Assembly (NCBI GenBank): GCA_041650835.1 | Contig: JBAZKL010000002.1 | Span: 14,477-78,476 of the forward strand | Reading direction: 5' to 3' | Origin: Candidatus Omnitrophota bacterium | Lineage (GTDB): Bacteria > Omnitrophota > Gorgyraeia > Gygaellales > Profunditerraquicolaceae | DNA length: 64,000 nt | Shown: piece by piece, positions 57,797-64,000 of the stretch | Layout of the letters: the number at the start of each line of letters is the position of its first letter | Numbering within the stretch: position 1 is the stretch's first letter | Notes under the pieces: model-generated | Databases searched by the model: none | Told to the model about the DNA's origin: nothing | Seen by the model: the letters and a program-made list of their open reading frames with translations, nothing else | Program-made: the position numbers and the translations under genes

Positions 57797-58888
57797 GTGA
57801 GGAGTTTTGAAGCCGTGTCAATCGTGATCGTTACCGGTTCTTGCGGGCTTATCGGTTCTCAGACAGCGGGTTTTTTTTGCGAAAAAGGCTTTGATGTCGT
57901 CGGGATCGATAATAATATGCGACAGGCTTTTTTCGGCAGGGACGCTAGTATCCTCAAGAACAGATATATGCTCCAGAAAGCCCATCCCCGGTACCGCCAC
58001 CTTTGGATCGATGTCCGCGACCAGGAAAAGACCGAGTCAGCCTTTAAGAAATTCAGGAATTCTATACGGTTAGTCGTGCATACGGCAGCTCAACCATCCC
58101 ATGATTGGGCTTCCTCGGCGCCGCTGGTTGATTTCGACATAAATGCCCGCTCGACTATCGCCATACTGGAAGCGTTGAGAAAGAATTGCCCTCGCGCCGT
58201 ATTTATCCTTACCTCTACCAATAAAGTTTACGGCGACAGGCCGAACCAGCTGCCTCTCGTCGAAAGAGCGACACGCTACGATCTGCCGAAAACCCATGCC
58301 TGTTATAAGGGGATCAATGAAACAATGCCTGTTGATCAATGCACGCATAGTTTAATGGGGGCTTCTAAGCTTTCAGCCGATATTATCACCCAGGAATACG
58401 GCAAATACTTCGGCTTTAAAACCGGGATTTTCAGGCTTGGGTGCGTGAGCGGGCCTGCGCATACGGGAGTTAAGATCCACGGATTCCTGTCATATTTAAT
58501 CCAATGTTGTGTCCTGAAGCGCCCCTACGTGATCTATGGTTACCGGGGAAAACAGCTGCGTGACGTGATCCATTCCTATGATGTATCCAGCGCCTTTTAC
58601 CGGTTTTACAAAAAACCGTCATCCGGTGAAGTTTATAATCTGGGAGGAGGGCGCCGGGCTTGTCTTTCAGTGCTTGAGGCAATTTCCCTCTGTGAGAAGA
58701 TTTCAGGTGAAAAAATGATTTGCCGCTACGATCCTTTGCCTCGCCGGGGGGACCATAAGTGGTGGATCAGTGATACCTCTAAATTTCAAGCGCAGTATCC
58801 TGAATGGAAATATAAGTATGTTTTGGAAGAAGCGGTGCGGCAGATCTTCGCCGCGCGAAGAGGCTGTATGAAAATAAGATCATCTTGA
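57797..58888 (+). CDS. CDP-paratose 2-epimerase-like NAD-dependent epimerase
   Basis: HTAAQPSHDWA, STNKVYGD, HGFLSYL, GKQLRD. Confidence 0.8.
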   Translation: MRSFEAVSIVIVTGSCGLIGSQTAGFFCEKGFDVVGIDNNMRQAFFGRDASILKNRYMLQKAHPRYRHLWIDVRDQEKTESAFKKFRNSIRLVVHTAAQPSHDWASSAPLVDFDINARSTIAILEALRKNCPRAVFILTSTNKVYGDRPNQLPLVERATRYDLPKTHACYKGINETMPVDQCTHSLMGASKLSADIITQEYGKYFGFKTGIFRLGCVSGPAHTGVKIHGFLSYLIQCCVLKRPYVIYGYRGKQLRDVIHSYDVSSAFYRFYKKPSSGEVYNLGGGRRACLSVLEAISLCEKISGEKMICRYDPLPRRGDHKWWISDTSKFQAQYPEWKYKYVLEEAVRQIFAARRGCMKIRSS

Positions 58889-59188
58889 CGTTGGATCCTT
58901 GAGCATATCCTCCCGTAATTACTCCGAATAATTATATCTTTTTCTTTTAAAAAACCTTGATTTGTATTATAATATAGTACCGTTTGAAGGAAAAAATAAA
59001 CCGGTACTGAATAAAATAAGCTTTTGTCCTTCAGGATAAATTAAGTTGTATTAAATATATCTTTTAGTCTTGACTGATGGATGTTTTATTCTTAATCTTA
59101 TATAACACAGAGAGTTGTATTTAATGATCTAAACAACTCTCGCTCTTACGGTAAGTTTTTACGGGCGGGTTTTCATAAGGAGAACAAA

Positions 59189-59962
59189 ATGAAAGTGGTC
59201 ATTTTAGCCGGAGGGATCGGCTCACGCTTAAGCGAAGAAACTGATCTAAAGCCCAAGCCTATGGTAGAGATCGGCGAGAAGCCTATCCTCTGGCATATTA
59301 TGAAGATCTTTTCAAGCTATGGCTATAACGATTTTATTATATGCCTTGGATATAAGGGGTATATGATAAAAGAATATTTCGCGAATATATTCCTGCATTC
59401 CAGCGACGTGACTATCGATTTAGAGAAAAATAAGATCACCTACCTGGCGTCAAAGGCAGAGCCCTGGAAAGTCACGCTTATCGATACCGGATTAAACACG
59501 ATGACCGGGGGAAGGATCCATCGTATCCGGAAGTATATCGAAGGTACTTTCATGCTGACGTACGGTGACGGCGTCAGCGACGTTAATATAAAGGACCTTG
59601 TTGAGTTCCATAAAAAGAAGGGTAAACTCGCTACGGTTACCGCCGTTCAGCCGTATGCCCGTTTTGGGGCGTTGGCATTGGATGATCTGCATAATGTCCT
59701 TTCGTTTCGTGAAAAGCCGCAAGGAGAGGGAAATTGGGTCAACGGTGGATTTTTTGTTCTGGAGCCGGGCGTATTTGATTGTGTTTTGGACGATCGCAGC
59801 ATTTGGGAAAAAGATTCTTTGGAACAATTATCGGCGCGCAAGCAGCTCAGTGCTTATAAACACGCGGGGTTCTGGAAATGCATGGATACCTTGCGTGATA
59901 AGGTTGAGCTTGACAGGCTCTGGAGGTCGGATGAGGCGCCTTGGAAGATCTGGAAACAATAA
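59189..59962 (+). CDS. rfbF: Glucose-1-phosphate cytidylyltransferase
   Basis: PKPMVEIG.KPILWHIMK, TMTGGR, GFWKCMDTLRD. Confidence 0.93.
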   Translation: MKVVILAGGIGSRLSEETDLKPKPMVEIGEKPILWHIMKIFSSYGYNDFIICLGYKGYMIKEYFANIFLHSSDVTIDLEKNKITYLASKAEPWKVTLIDTGLNTMTGGRIHRIRKYIEGTFMLTYGDGVSDVNIKDLVEFHKKKGKLATVTAVQPYARFGALALDDLHNVLSFREKPQGEGNWVNGGFFVLEPGVFDCVLDDRSIWEKDSLEQLSARKQLSAYKHAGFWKCMDTLRDKVELDRLWRSDEAPWKIWKQ

Positions 59963-59980
59963 TTTAAACTATATATACCT

Positions 59981-61228
59981 ATGCAGTGCAGGTTTTGTAA
60001 CAGCAGATTAGAAGACCTTTTTGTGTCTCTGGGAGAGTCTCCTTTATCAAATGCCTATTTGCGTAAGGCAGATCTACGGCGTACAGAGCATCGTTTCCCG
60101 TTGGATGTTTATGTCTGCAAGGATTGCTTTCTGGTGCAACTGCCTGAATATGAAAGCCCCGAGAATATCTTCAGCGATTACGCTTATTTTTCATCTTATT
60201 CCGATACCTGGTTGAAACATGTTCTGGCTTACGCTTTAGAAATGGCAAAAAAGTTTTCCCTCGGCGGCAGCTCGAAAGTCGTTGAAATTGCCAGCAATGA
60301 CGGATGCCTGCTGAAAAATTTTATCGCTCAAGGCATACCCGTCCTGGGGATCGAGCCTGCGCTCAATGTCGCGGAAGTTGCTGTCCGTAACGGCGTCCCC
60401 ACGCAAGCGGTATTTTTCAGCGAAGCCACAGCCAAGCGCTTACGTGATGAAGGAAACGCCGCCGACCTTTTGGTAGGCAATAATGTCCTGGCGCACGTCC
60501 CTGATATTAATGATTTCGTGCGGGGCCTTAAGATACTCCTGAAGCCTTCAGGGGTTATTACCCTGGAATTCCCTCATTTAAAGCGCCTGATCGAAGAAAA
60601 TCAATTTGACACTATCTACCATGAGCATTTTTCTTACTTTTCTTTTTTAACCGTGGAAAAAATATTTTTAAAGCATGGTTTAACGATATTTGATGTTGAG
60701 GAGCTCAAGACTCACGGAGGGTCGCTGCGGATCTACGGCAAACATTCAACGGACAAGACAAAAACAACTTCTCCCCGCGTGCTTGAGATGAGGGAAAACG
60801 AAGCGCTCGCCGGTTTCGGCAGTATCATGGCGTACACGGCATTCCAAAATAACGTGCGAAGGATCAAGGAGGATACCCGGGATCTTCTCGCGCGGCTTAA
60901 ACGCCGGGGAAAGACTATTGCCGGATACGGAGCGCCCGCGAAAGGAAATACCTTCCTGAATTATTGCGGTATCACTGTCGCCGATATCCCTTACACGGTC
61001 GATAGAAATCCGCATAAACAGGGCCGTTTCCTGCCCGGCAGCCATATCCGAATAGAAAATCCCGATAAAATAAAAGAAACCAGGCCTGATTACGTCTTGA
61101 TCTTGCCCTGGAACATTAAAGAAGAGGTCATGGAGCAAATTTCATTTATCCGCGACTGGGGCGGAGAATTTATCACCGCTATCCCTAAATTGGAGATCCA
61201 TTCAAATAAACTGATGGAGTATGTATGA
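59981..61228 (+). CDS. NDP-hexose C-methyltransferase
   Basis: CRFC...C..C Zn site, [29 protein letters not shown]. Confidence 0.88.
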   Translation: MQCRFCNSRLEDLFVSLGESPLSNAYLRKADLRRTEHRFPLDVYVCKDCFLVQLPEYESPENIFSDYAYFSSYSDTWLKHVLAYALEMAKKFSLGGSSKVVEIASNDGCLLKNFIAQGIPVLGIEPALNVAEVAVRNGVPTQAVFFSEATAKRLRDEGNAADLLVGNNVLAHVPDINDFVRGLKILLKPSGVITLEFPHLKRLIEENQFDTIYHEHFSYFSFLTVEKIFLKHGLTIFDVEELKTHGGSLRIYGKHSTDKTKTTSPRVLEMRENEALAGFGSIMAYTAFQNNVRRIKEDTRDLLARLKRRGKTIAGYGAPAKGNTFLNYCGITVADIPYTVDRNPHKQGRFLPGSHIRIENPDKIKETRPDYVLILPWNIKEEVMEQISFIRDWGGEFITAIPKLEIHSNKLMEYV

Positions 61229-62223
61229 AAAATGCTCTTGTTACCGGCGGCGCCGGCTTTATCGGCAGCCATGTGACGGAATCATTGCTCGCAGAAGGGT
61301 ACCGGGTTTGTGTGATCGATAACTTCTCGACGGGCAGGCCTGATAACCTCGATTTCTTAAAGGGAAATCCGGCATTGTCCGTTGTGGAGTCGGATGTGTG
61401 TGATACCCGGAAAATCAAGCCGTACTTTAAAAATGTTTCTTTTGTTTTTCATTTAGCCGCTTTGGCGGATATTGTGCCTTCGATAGTGAATCCGCTCGCG
61501 TATCATCGCGCTAATGTAGACGGGACGGTAAGCGTGCTGGAGGCTGTCCGTGAAGTATGCCCCGGCCTTACAAAATTCGTATATACGGCTTCTTCGTCGT
61601 GCTACGGCATCCCCGACACATTCCCGACCCCTGAAAGCTCGGAAATCCTTCCTCAGTATCCCTACGCGCTTACGAAGTATTTGGGAGAATCTATCGCGTT
61701 GCATTGGGGGCAGGTGTATAAATTACCGGTCGTATCTTTACGATTATTTAATGTCTATGGCCCGCGATCACGCACCTCAGGCACCTATGGCGCGGTCTTC
61801 GGCGTATTTCTCGCGCAGAAGTTAGCGGGTGAGCCTTTTACCGTTGTCGGGGATGGTTCGCAAACCCGCGATTTTACTTATGTTTCCGATGTGGCGGCCG
61901 CGTTCCTTGCCGCGGCTCATTCGGAATGCAGAAATGAAATATTCAATGTGGGCAGCGGCAATACCTATAGCGTAAACCGGCTCGTCGAGTTGTTGGACGG
62001 CCCGGTCACGTATATCCCTAAGAGGCCGGGCGAGCCTGACTGCACATTCGCGGATACCGCCAGGATCAGGGCAAAGCTTAAATGGAAGCCCGGGGTTTCT
62101 TTGGAAAAAGGAGTCGGGATCTTACTGAAAAATATCGATTATTGGAAAAAAGCGCCGGTATGGACGCCTGAATCCATTAATGAAGCCACAAAAGAATGGT
62201 TTCAATTCTTAGCTAAGGAATAA
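61225..62223 (+). CDS. NAD-dependent epimerase/dehydratase (extended SDR)
   Basis: [25 protein letters not shown]. Confidence 0.88.
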   Translation: MKNALVTGGAGFIGSHVTESLLAEGYRVCVIDNFSTGRPDNLDFLKGNPALSVVESDVCDTRKIKPYFKNVSFVFHLAALADIVPSIVNPLAYHRANVDGTVSVLEAVREVCPGLTKFVYTASSSCYGIPDTFPTPESSEILPQYPYALTKYLGESIALHWGQVYKLPVVSLRLFNVYGPRSRTSGTYGAVFGVFLAQKLAGEPFTVVGDGSQTRDFTYVSDVAAAFLAAAHSECRNEIFNVGSGNTYSVNRLVELLDGPVTYIPKRPGEPDCTFADTARIRAKLKWKPGVSLEKGVGILLKNIDYWKKAPVWTPESINEATKEWFQFLAKE

Positions 62224-62227
62224 GGGG

Positions 62228-63754
62228 ATGGAAAAGATCTACAAGAAGATCAAGAAGTTACACGAACTCAAAGGCATTATTGCCGATTTAAAGAAACAAA
62301 ATAAGACGGTTGTCCATTGCCACGGCGTTTTTGACCTGATACATCCGGGCCATATCCGTCATCTTGCTTCCGCTAAAAAGGAAGGCGATGTTTTGATCGT
62401 TACCGTTACCTCTGACCCGTTTGTCAGAAAAGGGCCGGGAAGGCCTATTTTTAATGAGAACCTGCGAGCCGAGACGCTGGCGGCGTTCAGTACTGTCGAC
62501 TATGTCGCGATCAATCCCGCTGCGACCGCGACGGAATGCATTAAGTTGCTTAAACCCCATGTCTATGTCAAAGGCCAGGATTATATCAATAAGAGCAAGG
62601 ATGTTACCGGTAAGATCTCCGAAGAGGAAGAGGCGATCCATTCTGTCGGAGGCAGGATCGCTTTTACCCATGATATAACATTCAGTTCATCCAAACTGAT
62701 CAATGAGCATATGCAGGTCTTCCCTGAAGCAACCCGGGAATATTTAAAGGGCATATCGGTAAAATATCCGCTTGATTATATATTTGAAGCGTTGGAAAAG
62801 ATCAAGAAATTGAAGGTGCTGGTTATAGGCGAGGCTATTATCGACCAATATCATTATTGCGACGGCCTTGATAAGTCGCGTAAGAGCAATGTCGTCGTTT
62901 ATAAGTACGTTTCGGAAGAGTCGTTCGCGGGCGGATCATTGGCTGTTTCCAACCATATCGCGGGACTGGCAAAAGACGTAACGCTTGTTACTCTCTCAGG
63001 TAACGATTATAAAATGTTTTCCGGGTTTTTGTGCGAGAAGATGAGGCCGGGCGTTAAACTGGTCAATTTTGAGCGTCCGGACAGCAGGACTATTATCAAA
63101 CGCCGCTTCGTTAACTCCAACAATAAGCTTTTTGAAATATGCTATTTAAATGATTCTCCGCTTCCTGAAGGCGTTGAGAAAAAGATCCAGGTGAAATTAA
63201 AGCAAATGGTTTCTGATTACGATCTGGTTGTTGTTTCCGATTTCGGGCACGGCTTTTTATCCGACAACCTGGCGAGGACGATCTGTAAACAGGCAAAATT
63301 CCTGGCGGTTAACACTCAGACAAACGGCGCCAATATGGGCTTTAATTTCATTACCCGTTATTCAAATGTCGATTACGCGGCGCTCGATGAACTTGAGATC
63401 CGTTACGCCGCCCATGACAAAGCAAGTGAACTCGACGGGATCATGAAAAAGGTCACCCGTAAGATCCATTGCGATAATTTGATCATTACCAGGGGCAGTT
63501 TCGGCGCTTTAAGCCTGAATAATAAAAAAGAGTTGTTAAGCGCCCCGGCCCTGGCTACCAGCGTTGTAGACCCGGTAGGGGCGGGGGACGCGTTTTTTGC
63601 TTTTACCGCGCCACTGGTAGCGTTGGGGGTGCCCCAGGACCTCGTCGTCTTTATCGGCAACGCGGTGGGGGCGCTTGCGGTGCAGATCATCTGTAACCGT
63701 GACCCGGTTGACCCGGTAGATCTAAAAAAATTCATCACAACCATTTTAAAGTAA
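62228..63754 (+). CDS. Cytidylyltransferase + PfkB kinase fusion (HldE-related, reversed domain order)
   Basis: HGVFDLIHPGH...KGPGRP at the N-terminus; DPVGAGDAF at the C-terminus. Confidence 0.85.
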   Translation: MEKIYKKIKKLHELKGIIADLKKQNKTVVHCHGVFDLIHPGHIRHLASAKKEGDVLIVTVTSDPFVRKGPGRPIFNENLRAETLAAFSTVDYVAINPAATATECIKLLKPHVYVKGQDYINKSKDVTGKISEEEEAIHSVGGRIAFTHDITFSSSKLINEHMQVFPEATREYLKGISVKYPLDYIFEALEKIKKLKVLVIGEAIIDQYHYCDGLDKSRKSNVVVYKYVSEESFAGGSLAVSNHIAGLAKDVTLVTLSGNDYKMFSGFLCEKMRPGVKLVNFERPDSRTIIKRRFVNSNNKLFEICYLNDSPLPEGVEKKIQVKLKQMVSDYDLVVVSDFGHGFLSDNLARTICKQAKFLAVNTQTNGANMGFNFITRYSNVDYAALDELEIRYAAHDKASELDGIMKKVTRKIHCDNLIITRGSFGALSLNNKKELLSAPALATSVVDPVGAGDAFFAFTAPLVALGVPQDLVVFIGNAVGALAVQIICNRDPVDPVDLKKFITTILK

Positions 63755-63759
63755 ATCAT

Positions 63760-64000
63760 ATGAATAAGAAAATCGAGTCTTACTATGAAGTCTTGCGTGA
63801 AATGACGCAAAGGATCTCTGTTACGGACAGGTCCGGTAAGAAGTTTCCGCTCCAAAAAGGGTTTGAGAAGATATGTTCTTTGTTCATGGATTGCGCCAAA
63901 AAGAATAAGAAGCTTATCTTTATCGGCAACGGGGCCAGCGCGGCTATCTCCAGCCATATGGCGGTTGATTTTTCCAAGCACGCTGGTATCCGCGGCATTG
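63760..64000 (+). CDS. SIS-domain phosphoheptose isomerase (GmhA-like), 3' partial
   Basis: Manual translation MNKKIESYYE...LIFIGNGASAAISSHMAVDFSK runs off the window. Confidence 0.8.
   Translation, partial: MNKKIESYYEVLREMTQRISVTDRSGKKFPLQKGFEKICSLFMDCAKKNKKLIFIGNGASAAISSHMAVDFSKHAGIRGI

Noticed and set aside
58889-59188. ops/JUMPstart element before rfbF
   Set aside because: No GGCGGTAG match
1-64000. tRNA/rRNA genes and IS transposases
   Set aside because: No cloverleaf, rRNA-like segment or transposase ORF recognised

Overview
64 kb of a diderm bacterial chromosome (LptD, PilQ secretin and LPS-type sugar genes). Gene content and style suggest Ca. Omnitrophota/PVC, which is inference and not proven. 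Every credible gene is on the + strand. Positions 1-7835 are the right-hand part of an integrated mobile element. In order it holds a partial TPR-GreA/B-C-PIN defence-type gene, a terminator, an array of about eight ECF-sigma-like promoter units, a DUF5659-like gene, an NrS-1-like primase-polymerase/helicase, a GTGAG iteron origin, a lambda-like cosQ/cosN motif, a small HTH gene and a large serine recombinase. The recombinase 3' end overlaps and apparently rebuilds the 5' end of host miaB. No capsid, tail or conjugation genes are visible, so the element reads as a PICI-like phage satellite. The rest is host core and envelope genes: miaB-miaA-hflX; a heat-shock cluster (hspR-like, CIRCE, clpB, CIRCE, hrcA, grpE, dnaK, dnaJ); accD; two diguanylate cyclases; lptD; a type IVa pilus cluster; rng-rplU-obgE (rpmA absent); proBA-nadD-rpe-pgm-plsC-rpsA-tyrS; and a nucleotide-sugar cluster running off the right edge. 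All assignments come from motif recognition by eye. No database searches were run.
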